NCBI GenBank assembly: GCA_950097015.1
Contig: CATNEN010000025.1
Span: 558,001-622,000 of the forward strand
Origin: Macrostomum hystrix
Lineage: Eukaryota; Animalia; Platyhelminthes
Length of the DNA stretch: 64,000 nucleotides
Direction: 5' to 3'
Position 1 is the first letter of the stretch. Each line of letters begins with the position of its first letter. Both the position numbers and the translations under genes were made by a program. A model generated the notes under the pieces. It made no database searches and was not told the DNA's origin. It was given only the letters and a program-made list of their open reading frames with translations. Positions 24,054-35,482 of the stretch are shown one piece after another.

Positions 24054-27000
24054 CTAATCGTAGCTTGGCAGGACATTGTCGGCAAAGTTTCCGGCCAAGT
24101 TGCCGCCAGGACGGTAGAAGCAGACAGCGTACTGGTCCCCGGTGTCCGTGTCCGTGGCCAGACCGACTCCCAGCTCCTCTGAGGAGCACCAGACTAGCTG
24201 ACTGAAGTGGCCTGCAATGGGATGAGACCATTTTGTTTGAGCGTGCAAGTGAACCTGTGGTACCCCGTGGAACGCATTCCTGAAAATGGCTTGCGCTGTT
24301 CATTTTTTTATTATGACCTACTGAAAACGATATCATACGTAACGCATTTAATACTCGTAGCTAAGGTCCATCGATACACGTAGCTATGGACCATCGATAC
24401 TCGAAGTTATGGACCATCGATACTCGTAGCTATGGATCATCGATACTCGAATCTAAGGACCGTCGATACTCGTAGCTATGGATCATAGATACTCGAAGCT
24501 AAGGGCCATCGATACTCGTAGCTATGGATCATCGATACTCGAATCTAAGGACCGTCGATACTCGTAGCTATGGATCATAGATACTCGTAGCTAAGGGCCA
24601 TCGATACTCGTAGCTATGGACCATCGTTACTCGAAGCTAAGGGCCGTCGATACTGGTAGCTAAAGACCATCGATACACGTAGCCATGGATCATCGATACT
24701 CGTAGCTAAGGACTATCGATACTCGTAGCTATGGACCGTCGATACTCGTAGCTATGGATCATAGATACTCGTAGCTATGGACCATCGTTACTCGAAGCTA
24801 AGGGCCGTCGATACTCGTAGCTATGGATCATCGATACTCGTAGCTATGGACCATCGTTACTCGAAGCTATGGATCATAGATACTCGTAGCTATGGACCGT
24901 CGATACTCGAAGCTATGGATCATAGATACTCGTAGCTATGAACCATCGATACTCGAAGCTATGGATCATAGATACTCGTAGCTATGGACCATCGATACTC
25001 GAAGCTATGGATCATAGATACTCGTAGCTAAGGACCATCACAATCGCTTCCATCACCAACCTCCGCAGATATCCTCCGGATCCTCTTGGCCGAAGTTAAA
25101 CCTGTGCCGTTCGCCGTACCACTGCTGGACCAGCTGCTGCCCCGCCTGCCGGCCAGTCCGACGTCCTTCCGAGCCCGGCCGCTTGGCGATGTTCTGCCCG
25201 ACGCTCTCATTATTGAATTCAGGCGGGCAGTGCCGCAAGTGGCCGGACTGGCACAGCGACTCTGCCCAGGTCTGGGCCAGCCGATCCAGCGAGTCAGATC
25301 GGCGCAGCTCTGGCGCACCGTGCCGCCTGCGAAGCAGACTGTGCTGCCTGGACACCTCGTCTGCGAACTCTGCCCGGAGCTCGGCTTCATCGCCAGCATC
25401 AACGTCGTCTTCATTACGTCCAGACGGCGGTGCGGCAAAGTTTCGCCTCTGCCTTGTCGGCTGGATGATCAGCTCCTGCTGCGGCTCAGCGCTGCGCATC
25501 ATTTTCACAGGCTCTGGCTTCGCTCCGCTCGGCGTGGCAGTCTCCTTCGATAGCTGGTAGCGGCTGCCGTCCGGTCTAACGAAAGTCAGCGTCACTGTCA
25601 CCGTTTTCTCACCGTTCACAATGCGAGTCTTTGTTGCCTTGCCGACTGGTCGGTCACGCGGGTCCGTTGGCTCCGGCTCCAGATCCGGGCTACCCATGCC
25701 GCCCATGCCGCCACCGCTGCCGCCGCCGATAATATTTGGTCCACTTTTGTTGCCATATGACGTCACAATCTGCGGCTGCTGCAGCTTTATGTGCTGCTGC
25801 TGCTGCTGCTGCTGCTGCTGTGTGCTTGGACGACCCACTTGAAATAAAAATACGGGTTTCAGTGCTGAAAGCTAAACATAGATGATTTCATAGGGTACGA
25901 GCTAAATGGTCATTCAGCTGAGGCCTGCTTGCTGACGTGTTTCAAGACCATTATTGTACTCGGTTGAGCTTGAGTGCCAATAAACTGAGTACTTGACTGC
26001 TGGATGCCTGAAGACAACGATTCCACAGGTAAATATCACATCCATAAAATCAGATCTAATGTCTTTTTCCGTTAGCGGTCATGCAAGATAACACCTGCCC
26101 CAACTAAGCCAGATACGCAGCCGACAGCACAGCCGAAGCTATTGCGCTGTGTATCTGAAGGCTGCGTACGGCTTTTCAGTCCATGGACTGGGGGACGCCG
26201 CACCCACCTTCAATTGCCACCAGCAAATGCTGGCGCCCATTTAACAGCTGGGTGAACTGAGCAATGCAGAGTTAAGTTTCTTGCTAAAGGACAAAATAGT
26301 TCCAGTGGATTCGGGAATCGAACCTCCGACCCCTAAGTCGTTAGTCCGACGGCCAAACCGCTAGGCTACGACCCCCGGTTTAAATAAAGATGGCAATTCC
26401 GACTTACTGATGTCATCCTTCGATGGCACTTGAATCTGTCCGGACAGAGGGGCTGGCACGTTTTCTCGCCACTTGTTCATGAAGTTGCCAGGCGGTGAGT
26501 ACTGGCCGACTGCGTACATCTTGCCATCAGGCGATATGGCCTTGCCGAACCCTGCCTCCTTGCTGCTCTTCCACACCACCTGCGAGAAGTGGCCTGCATT
26601 GGTGACGAGTTGATTTCATTACCGCATGCTGTCACTTGTCAGATACCTACACCCCATCCCATAGGGAGAGTCAGTGGCAGAGCGGTCTAACGCGTCCGCC
26701 TCTCGCACCAAGGTCCCCTGAGCTCGAATCCGCAGCGAGGCCACATTCATTTGCAGCCTCGCGAAGAGAAGGCTTGGGGATTAGGTTGCTCACCGCACTT
26801 CATCTGGTTCTCGGGTCCATCAAAATCGTAGTCCTCAATCTCCGAGTACCACTGCATGGTGCACTGGCTGCCCTTATACTCCTGACTGCCTGAGACCATC
26901 TTCATGGCGATATTCTCGCCATAGCTGCCCCGCGGATTTGGCGTGCTGTGCTGCAGCTGGCCGATGCTGGCCAGGTGGTTCGCCCACGCTTGCGCCGCGG

Positions 27001-27142
27001 CGGCCAGTCGAGCCGAGAATTCGAGCTTCGGACAGCCGTGCAGCTCGCGGTAACTATTGTGCGCCTCCAGGCATTCGTTGTTGAATTTCTTGTCCACCGC
27101 AGCTACTGCCGCCTGAGTTTGCTGCTGCAGCTGCTGCTCCAT
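24054..27142 (-). CDS. Double CAP/SCP-domain protein (GAPR-1/GLIPR2-like, no signal peptide), 4 exons
   Basis: Exons 27142-26794, 26593-26408, 25837-25061 and 24211-24054; all junctions are GT-AG and preserve frame (KCG|HFSQVVW; DDIM|GRPS; ICGG|HFSQLVW). CAP motifs HNSYRELH, GENI, QWYSEI, GHF, YSPPGN in domain 1 and HSLLRRRH, GQNI, QWYGE, GHF, YRPGGN in domain 2. Confidence 0.92.
24352..25037. repeat. 23-bp CpG-containing minisatellite (GATACTCGTAGCTATGGACCATC)n filling CAP intron 3
   Basis: About 30 moderately diverged units; begins about 25 nt from the splice donor. Confidence 0.95.
26110..26372 (-). mobile_element. tRNA-derived SINE (family 1, CORE-like) in CAP intron 2
   Basis: Reverse strand reads GTCGTAGCCTAGCGGTTTGG (A box)...GGAGGTTCGATTCCCG (B box)...TGTCCTTTAGCAAGAAACTTAACTCTGCATTGCTCAGTTCACCCAGCTGTTAAATGGG...CAGTCCATGGACTGAAAAG. 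Confidence 0.8.
26665..26790 (+). mobile_element. 5' fragment of SINE family 2 in CAP intron 1
   Basis: GTCAGTGGCAGAGCGGTCTAACGCGTCCGCCTCTCGCACCAAGGTCC...GCGAGGCCACATT...GAGAAGGCTTG matches 19850-19960. Confidence 0.7.
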
Positions 27143-27596
27143 TGCTAGAAACTGATTCGCGATCTCAAAATTCCACTCCGGCTGGCCTTCTGCTACTCTC
27201 TTGATTGTTTCTCTTCCTTTGGTTCGCCTCTCGTTTTATTTCTATTTTTACAGACAAAAATGAATGGGCGGTCTGACCCCATCTCTCTCTTCTATTCTAA
27301 AAGCACTGACCTTCTTAACCAGCTTCATCCGACGCTGAGCTTGAGTTCGCTGTGGGCAGTGCTGTATTTACAAAGCGACTGATGGCGAAGGCTGCCTGTA
27401 CGGTCGGTCCACTAACAAAAGAAAAGAGATGCAGAAGAATTTTACCCTTGGAGTGCTGGCATTCTGAGAGCAGTAACAACTGAAGAATTTGGAATGCATG
27501 CTACACAATAAGAGCTGTCAAGCAAACAAATATACTTGAAAATATTATGCATACTTACCTTATTATCTCTCAACCAACCTCAACCAACCTTATACC

Positions 27597-28525
27597 TTCA
27601 GATCACTAATGATCTCCCCCTCAGATCACTAAACATCTCCCCCTCAGATCACTAAACATCTCCCCCTCAGATCACTAAACATCTCCCCCTCAGATCACTA
27701 ATGATCCCCCCCTCAGATCACTAATGATCTCCCCCTCAGATCACTAAACATCTCCCCCTCAGATCACTAAACATCTCCCCCTCAGATCACTAATGATCCC
27801 CCCCTCAGATCACTAATGATCTCCCCCTCAGATCACTAATGATCTCCCCCTCAGATCACTAATGATCCCCCCCCTCAGATCACTAATGATCTCCCCCTCA
27901 GATCACTAATGATCTCCCCCTCAGATCACTAATGATCTCCCCCTCAGATCACTAATGATCTCCCCCTCAGATCACTAATGATCTCCCCCTAAGATCACTA
28001 AAGATATCTCCCTCAGATCACTAATGATCTCCCCCTCAGATCACTAAACATCTCCCCCTCAGATCACTAACCATCTCCCCCTCAGATCACTAATGATCTC
28101 CCCCTCAGATCACTAAACATCTCCCCCTCAGATCACTAAACATCTCCCCCTCAGATCACTAAACATCTCCCCCTCAGATCACTAACATTTCCCCCTCAGA
28201 TCACTAACATTTCCCCCTCAGATCACTAACATTTCCCCCTCAGATCACTAACATCTCCCCCTCAGATCACTAATGATCTCCCCCTCAGATCACTAATGAT
28301 CTCCCCCTCAGATCACTAAACATCTCCCCCTCAGATCACTAACCATCTCCCCCTCAGATCACTAATGATCTCCCCCTCAGATCACTAAACATCTCCCCCT
28401 CAGATCACTAAACATCTCCCCCTCAGATCACTAAACATCTCCCCCTCAGATCACTAACATTTCCCCCTCAGATCACTAACATTTCCCCCTCAGATCACTA
28501 ACATCTCCCCCTCAGATCACTAAAG
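27597..28525. repeat. 23-bp minisatellite (TCAGATCACTAATGATCTCCCCC)n
   Basis: About 40 units; the main unit has the hairpin AGATCA-CTAA-TGATCT. Confidence 0.98.
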
Positions 28526-28539
28526 TTCTCCCCTCTGCC

Positions 28540-30930
28540 AGCTGCAAGCGTTATCAGATTCAGAGCAAGAAGAAAATTATTTTAATCCCAGCTAAAGCAT
28601 TTTTTTGAACATTTTTTTCGAGAATTTCTTCACGCGTTATTTGATTCAAAACTAAATGAAAACTGTTCGAGTAGCTGTTAGTGTTGTCTTTTTTAAATTC
28701 GATGCTAAAACTAAGGAAAGGTTTTTTGAGCATAGCTGCAAGCGTTATCAGATTCAGAACTAGAAGAAAATATGTTGAGCACAGCTAAAAGCGTTATTCA
28801 TTTTAAATTTTAACATTCTTTTCGAGCATTGCTTAAAGCGTTATTCGATTCAAAACTAAATCAAGACTCATGGAGCATACGTGGCTGTTAGCGTTTTTTA
28901 TTTTCAAAACTAAAGAAAAGTGTTTCGAGCATTGCTACATTCGTTTTAAGATTCAAAACTAGGAGAAAAAATTTTAATCCAAGCTAATAGCATTTTATTC
29001 TTTAAAATACGAAGTGTTTTTTCAAGCAGGGAAGCAATCATTATTTTTTCTATATTTTGAGAGCATACGAAGTAATTCGAATGAGAACACGAAACTAAAG
29101 ACTATCGCGCCAGATATCAATGGATAGCAGCCCGGGATATCAAGCAAATTGCATGGAATTTTTGGGGAAAAGCATTAGATCTCTAGGGAATATCTAGAGT
29201 TCTTGAAGATGTAGCATGAGATTTCCAGGAGAAAGAATAAGATTTCCGGGGAATAACTTAATACTCTGAGGGTAAAGCACATTTTTTATGAGGATAGAAT
29301 GATTTTTTAAAGAGGGTAGAATGATTTTTTAAAGAGGGTAGAATGATTTATTAAAGAGGGTAGAATGATTTTTTAAAGAGGGTAGAATGATTTTTTAAAG
29401 AGGGTAGAATGATTTTTTAAAGAGGGTAGAATGATTTTTTAAAGAGGGTAGAATGATTTATTAAAGAGGGTAGAATGATTTATTAAAGAGGGTAGAATGA
29501 TTTATTAAAGAGGACGTAGCATGATTTATCGACGGTATAGCATAAATTATCCAGGAGGAAGTAGGAATTATCGACTGAGAAGTATGAATTGTCGAGAGGG
29601 TTGCATGAATTATCAAGGGAAAGCATGAATTATCAAGGGAAAGCATGAATTATCAAGGGAAAGCATGAATTATCGAGCGGTAATCATGAACTATTAAATG
29701 ATGAATTATTAAGGGAGAACCATGTATTTTCGAAAGGGAAGCATGAATTAGCGAGGAAAGCATGATTTAGCGTACAAATAGCATGAACTATCGAGGGGGA
29801 GCATGAATTATTTAGGGGAAAGAATGAATTTTTAATTAAAAAGCATGAATTATTGAAGGGGAAGCATGATCTATGAACTGGCTTGCATAAACTATTGAGG
29901 GGCTATCCTTATTTATCGAAAGGGTTAGAGTGAATTGTCGAGAGGGTTGCATGATCGATCGAGGCGGCAGCATGATATTTTGATACGGTAGCATTATTTT
30001 ACAAGGGACTAGCATGATTTATTGTGGGGGTAGCATAAATTATCGAGAGGGTAGCATGATATATCAATGGGGTTGCAGAATATCGCTGAAAACTGCAGCC
30101 TTTACATTGTCAAACCCTGTCTCGACTTCGATCATTGTGCCGCTTTCCTTTCATCTAGTTTCGAAGTAAAGTACTTTTGTTATTTTGCAGAATGCAGGTC
30201 AAAATTCAGCATCAGTTTTGTTACTGCTTCTTTTTATTCAAGTCTTTATCATCAAGAGTTAAAAACGAAAGTATTTTTATAAATAGTAAGCGCTTTTAAT
30301 TAGCAACAGTCAAAGCAAATAATTGTTTGCTTTATTATTACTCCTCTCGCTGTGAGAAAGTAATAAAAGTTTTCTCGAGTGTACCTGCAGCAAGCGTTAT
30401 CAGATTCAGAACTAGAAGAAAAAACGTTGAGCACAGCTACAAGCCTTATTCAATTTTAATTTTAAATTTTTTTCGAGCATTGCCTTAAGTGTTATTCGAT
30501 TCAAAGCTTAATGAAAACTGTTCGAGCATAATTAGCTGTTAACGTTTTTTTCAAAAACTAAAGAAATGTGTTTTAGCATTGCTGCAATCGTTATTAGACT
30601 AAAAACTGGGAGAAAATAATTTTATCTTAGCATTATTACTTAAAAAACTATGAGTTTTTTCAAGCAGGGAATCAATAATCGCTTTTTCTATATATTGAAA
30701 GCATAATACTCGTATAATTCGAATGAGAACACGAAACTAAAGACTATCGCGCCAGATATCAATGGATAGCAGCCCGGGATATCAAGCAAATTGCATGGAA
30801 TTTTTGGGGAAAAGCATTAGATACCAAGGGAATATCTAGATTTCTTTCAGATGTAGCATGAGATTTCCAGGGAATGGTATAATACTTTGAGGGTAAAGCA
30901 ATTTTTTCAAGACGGTAGAATGATTTAATA
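28540..30930 (+). repeat. Tandemly duplicated composite unit (AT-rich degenerate repeats + 108-bp identical block + minisatellite seed)
   Basis: 28735-29330 aligns with 30385-30930; 29073-29180 equals 30715-30822; each copy runs into a GAGGGTAG(A/C)ATGA-type repeat (22-bp units at 29295-29510). Confidence 0.85.
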
Positions 30931-33290
30931 AAGAGGGTAGCATGATTTATCGAAGGGGTAGCATGAATTATCGAGGGGGTAGCATGAATTATCGAGGGGG
31001 TAGCATGAATTATCGAGGGGGTAGCATGATTTATCGAAGGGGTAGTATGAATTATCGAGGGGGTAGCATGAATTATCGAGGGGGTAGCATGAATTATCGA
31101 GGGGGTAGCATGAATTATCGAGGGGGTAGCATGAATTATCGAGGGGATAACATGAATTATCGAGGGGGTAGCATGAATTATCGAGGGGGTAGCATGATTT
31201 ATCGAAGGGGTAGTATGAATTATCGAGGGGGTAGCATGATTTATCGAAGGGGTAGTATGAATTATCGAGGGGGTAGCATGAATTATCGAGGGGATAACAT
31301 GAATTATCGAGGGGGTAGCATGAATTATCGAGGGGGTAGCATGAATTATCGAGGGGGTAGCATGAATTATCGAGGGGGTAGCATGAATTATCGAGGGGGT
31401 AGCATGGATTATCGAGGGGGTAGCATGCATTATCGAGGGGTAGCATGCTTTATCGAGGGGATAACATGAATTATCGAGGGGGTAGCATGAATTATCGAGG
31501 GGGTAGCATGATTTATCGAAGGGGTAGTATGAATTATCGAGGGGGTAGCATGAATTATCGAGGGGATAACATGAATTATCGAGGGGGTAGCATGAATTAT
31601 CGAGGGGGTAGCATGAATTATCGAGGGGGTAGCATGAATTATCGAGGGGGTAGCATGGATTATCGAGGGGGTAGCATGCATTATCGAGGGGTAGCATGCA
31701 TTATCGAGGGGGTAGCATGCATTATCGAGGGGGTAGCATGAATTATCGAGGGGATAACATGAATTATCGAGGGGGTAGCATGAATTATCGAGGGGGTAGC
31801 ATGATTTATCGAAGGGGTAGTATGAATTATCGAGGGGGTAGCATGAATTATCGAGGGGATAACATGAATTATCGAGGGGGTAGCATGAATTATCGAAGGG
31901 GTAGTATGAATTATCGAGGGGGTAGCATGAATTATCGAGGGGGTAGCATGGATTATCGAGGGGGTAGCATGCATTATCGAGGGGTAGCATGCATTATCGA
32001 GGGGGTAGCATGCATTATCGAGGGGTAGCATGCATTATCGAGGGGTAGCATGAATTATCGAGGGGGTAGCATGAATTATCGAGGGGGTAGCATCAATTAT
32101 CGAGGGGGTAGAATGAATTATCGAGGGGGTAGCATGAATTATCGAGGGGTAGCATGATTTATCGAGGGGATAATATGAATTATCGAGGGGAGTAGCATGA
32201 ATTATCGAGGGGATAACATGAATTATCGAGGGGGTAGCATGAATTATCGAGGGGGTAGCATGAATTATCGAGGGGATAACATGAATTATCGAGGGGGTAG
32301 CATGAATTATCGAGGGGGTAGCATGAATTATCGAGGGGGTAGCATGAATTATCGAGGGGGTAGCATGAATTATCGAGGGGGTAGCATGAATTATCGAGGG
32401 GATAACATGAATTATCGAGGGGGTAGCATGAATTATCGAGGGGGTAGCATGATTTATCGAAGGGGTAGTATGAATTATCGAGGGGGTAGCATGATTTATC
32501 GAAGGGGTAGTATGAATTATCGAGGGGGTAGCATGAATTATCGAGGGGATAACATGAATTATCGAGGGGGTAGCATGAATTATCGAGGGGGTAGCATGAA
32601 TTATCGAGGGGGTAGCATGAATTATCGAGGGGGTAGCATGAATTATCGAGGGGATAACATGAATTATCGAGGGGGTAGCATGAATTATCGAGGGGGTAGC
32701 ATGATTTATCGAAGGGGTAGTATGAATTATCGAGGGGGTAGCATGAATTATCGAGGGGATAACATGAATTATCGAGGGGGTAGCATGAATTATCGAGGGG
32801 GTAGCATGAATTATCGAGGGGGTAGCATGAATTATCGAGGGGGTAGCATGGATTATCGAGGGGGTAGCATGCATTATCGAGGGGGTAGCATGCATTATCG
32901 AGGGGTAGCATGCATTATCGAGGGGTAGCATGAATTATCGAGGGGGTAGCATGGATTATCGAGGGGGTAGCATGCATTATCGAGGGGGTAGCATGCATTA
33001 TCGAGGGGTAGCATGCATTATCGAGGGGTAGCATGAATTATCGAGGGGGTAGCATCAATTATCGAGGGGGTAGCATGAATTATCGAGGGGGTAGCATGAA
33101 TTATCGAGGGGTAGCATGATTTATCGAGGGGATAATATGAATTATCGAGGGGAGTAGCATGAATTATCGAGGGGATAACATGAATTATCGAGGGGGTGGC
33201 ATGAATTATCGAGGCGGTAGCATGAATTATCGAGGGGGTAGCATGAATTATCGAGGGGGTAGCATGAATTATCGAGGGGAAGCATAAAAT
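30930..33290. repeat. 21-bp G-rich minisatellite (GAGGGGGTAGCATGAATTATC)n, more than 100 copies
   Basis: Direct reading; source of the MNYRGGS/SCYPLDN/IIHATPS pseudo-ORFs. Confidence 0.99.
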
Positions 33291-33391
33291 GAGGGCTTTG
33301 CATAAATTTTCGAGGGGGTTAGCAAGCTTTGTAGAGGGATAGCATGATATATCAAAGGGCAGCATGATTTGTTGAGGAGCTATCAGGAAGT

Positions 33392-33695
33392 ACTAGACCG
33401 TCGAGATATTCAATGTTTCTGGCCGAAGGTCCGATTTTTCCCATAAGAGCTAGTGTATTTCATACACCCCTATTCACGAATTTGCACTGCGCCTCGGTGC
33501 GGCCTTTCCAGACCTTCAAACTTTATCAGCATGTCACCCGAATGTGCCTGCATCATCTCCGTCTTTGGTGGTCACCTACCTTTATCTAGACGGACTGCGG
33601 AACCTTAAAATGCAAAAAATGTGGAAATAGGCCACTCTGGACACCCTGACGCAAATGTCTAAAATTTCACTGCTGAAGCCTAAATATTAGGCGCA
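33392..33695 (-). mobile_element. Dispersed repeat family A, copy 2 (inverted, truncated)
   Basis: Reverse complement of the 15110 and 44554 copies (GGTGGTCACCTACCTTTATCTAGACGG; GCCTAAATATTAGGC end hairpin). Confidence 0.85.
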
Positions 33696-34116
33696 GCTTA
33701 ACTACAGTACACCATCGCCTAGTCTGTCAACCAATCAGTCACCACCCTACGCGGTTAGCTTTCAGGCGCTGCCAAAAAATGTTCTCAGGAAAAAATTGCC
33801 CCCTTGGAATAAAAACGGGCGGCAAAATGGCTTGGTAGTCCTACTGTTAACTCGCGCAAAGCATTACTGTTATTGTGCCATAGACATTTTAGCCTCAGTA
33901 AGCCATTCCTATTGGTCGATGCCATTTTGCGGGCGTTTAATGGCTATTAACTGCCCGGAAGAAAATTACCGAGCATTAATTCATCTATGGCCATTACCGG
34001 GAAAGACTTTCTGCCCGCCGGGCAAAAAGGTCATCGTACAATATTTGTTTATGAAAACAAGATAAAGCAAAACATTAGCGAAGTAAGCCCCGCATTTTCT
34101 CAATTAGTTTGACAAC

Positions 34117-34371
34117 ATGTCAGCTAGCATAGGAGATTTTTACAAGTACTCAAGTGACGAAAGCCCTAAGGACTATGCTCTTTACAAGCAGCCCCTGGTT
34201 GTGGCAATGCTGGTGATCATTCTGCTACTGTTGCTCATAATCGTTGCCGAGCAAATCAGTTTGTTCTGTCAGCTGATTAGACTGCGCGGACGGCGGGCTA
34301 CGCTGAAGAGCAAGGTCGAATCTCGCTTCCAGGAGTTGCGTCAGAACCTGCTCCAGACTTCCATCAGCTAG
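34117..34371 (+). CDS. Hypothetical 84-aa single-pass membrane microprotein
   Basis: aacATG context; hydrophobic stretch PLVVAMLVIILLLLLIIVA followed by basic, coiled-coil-like RLRGRRATLKSKVESRFQELRQNL; GC-rich relative to flanks. No homology recognised. Confidence 0.5.
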   Translation: MSASIGDFYKYSSDESPKDYALYKQPLVVAMLVIILLLLLIIVAEQISLFCQLIRLRGRRATLKSKVESRFQELRQNLLQTSIS

Positions 34372-34458
34372 GCTGGAGCCGTCTATTGCAGTTGCACCAC
34401 TTGTGTTAAGCAGTGTTGATGCAAAATTAATGTAAAATGCTAATGTAAAATAATACTA

Positions 34459-34862
34459 CTCTGATTCTTCAGTGAGTTGCAGCCCCTTCCTCTGATTCTT
34501 CAGTGAGTTGCAGCCCCTTCCTCTGATTCTTCAGTGAGTTGCAGCCCCTTCCTCTGATTCTTCAGTGAGTTGCAGCCCCTTCCTCTGATTCTTCAGTGAG
34601 TTGCAGCCCCTTCCTCTGATTCTTCAGTGAGTTGCAGCCCCTTCCTCTGATTCTTCAGTGAGTTGCAGCCCCTTCCTCTGATTCTTCAGTGAGTTGCAGC
34701 CCCTTCCTCTGATTCTTCAGTGAGTTGCAGCCCCTTCCTCTGATTCTTCAGTGAGTTGCAGCCCCTTCCTCTGATTCTTCAGTGAGTTGCAGCCCCTCCT
34801 TTGATTCTTCAGTGAGTTGCAGCCCCTTCCTCTGATTCTTCAGTGAGTTGCAGCCCCTTCTT
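34459..34862. repeat. 31-bp minisatellite (CTGATTCTTCAGTGAGTTGCAGCCCCTTCCT)n, about 13 copies
   Basis: Direct reading. Confidence 0.97.
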
Positions 34863-35089
34863 TGAATTGCTATATTAATGGGATGCAAGTTAAAAAGTTT
34901 TCCAATGATTATTGTTTCTGCTTTTAGTTCTCTAAAGGTTCCTATTTGCAAGTTGTTTGTAAATACTTTCGTTTTTTAAATATAGTCTTCACTAAAGCCA
35001 GTACTTCCAGACCTGATACAAAGACACACGTCACACCGACTTGACTTGTTACGCCAAATTAATAATTCATAGAATTCATATTGTAGTAA

Positions 35090-35482
35090 ATCGAGAATTC
35101 AGCGAATCGGGAATTCAGGTAATAGGAATTCTGGGAATCGGGAATTCAGGGAATTGGGCATTCAAGGAATTGGGAATTCATCGGGAATTCAGAGTTTCGG
35201 GAATTCAGGTAATAGGAATTCTGGGAATCGGGAATTCAGGGAATTGGGCATTCAAGGAATTGGGAATTCATCGGGAATTCAGAGTTTCGGGAATTCAGGT
35301 AATAGGAATTCTGGGAATCGGGAATTCAGGGAATTGGGCATTCAAGGAATTGGGAATTCATCGGGAATTCAGAGTTTCGGGAATTCAGGTAATAGGAATT
35401 CTGGGAATCGGGAATTCAGGGAATTGGGCATTCGAGGAATTGGGAATTCATCGGGAATTCAGAGTTTCGGGAATTCAGGGAA
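35090..35482. repeat. 90-bp higher-order repeat (about 4 copies) built from GGGAATT(C) subunits
   Basis: 30-codon periodicity in the ORF track; dense GAATTC sites. Confidence 0.95.

Noticed and set aside
26300-26372. Possible tRNA gene (also 19848-19920 and 26665-26740)
   Set aside because: A and B boxes are present but the acceptor and anticodon stems pair poorly, and shared non-tRNA bodies follow, so these are SINE heads.
26361-26407. ORF-track extension SKSELPSLFKPGVVA* of CAP exon 2
   Set aside because: It runs past a consensus GTAAGT donor into the SINE head; splicing to 25837 keeps the frame and completes the second CAP domain.
30759-33365. Many ORFs of 100-312 aa (MNYRGGS, SCYPLDN, IIHATPS)
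   Set aside because: Products of the 21-bp array; frames shift at the 20-bp variant units.
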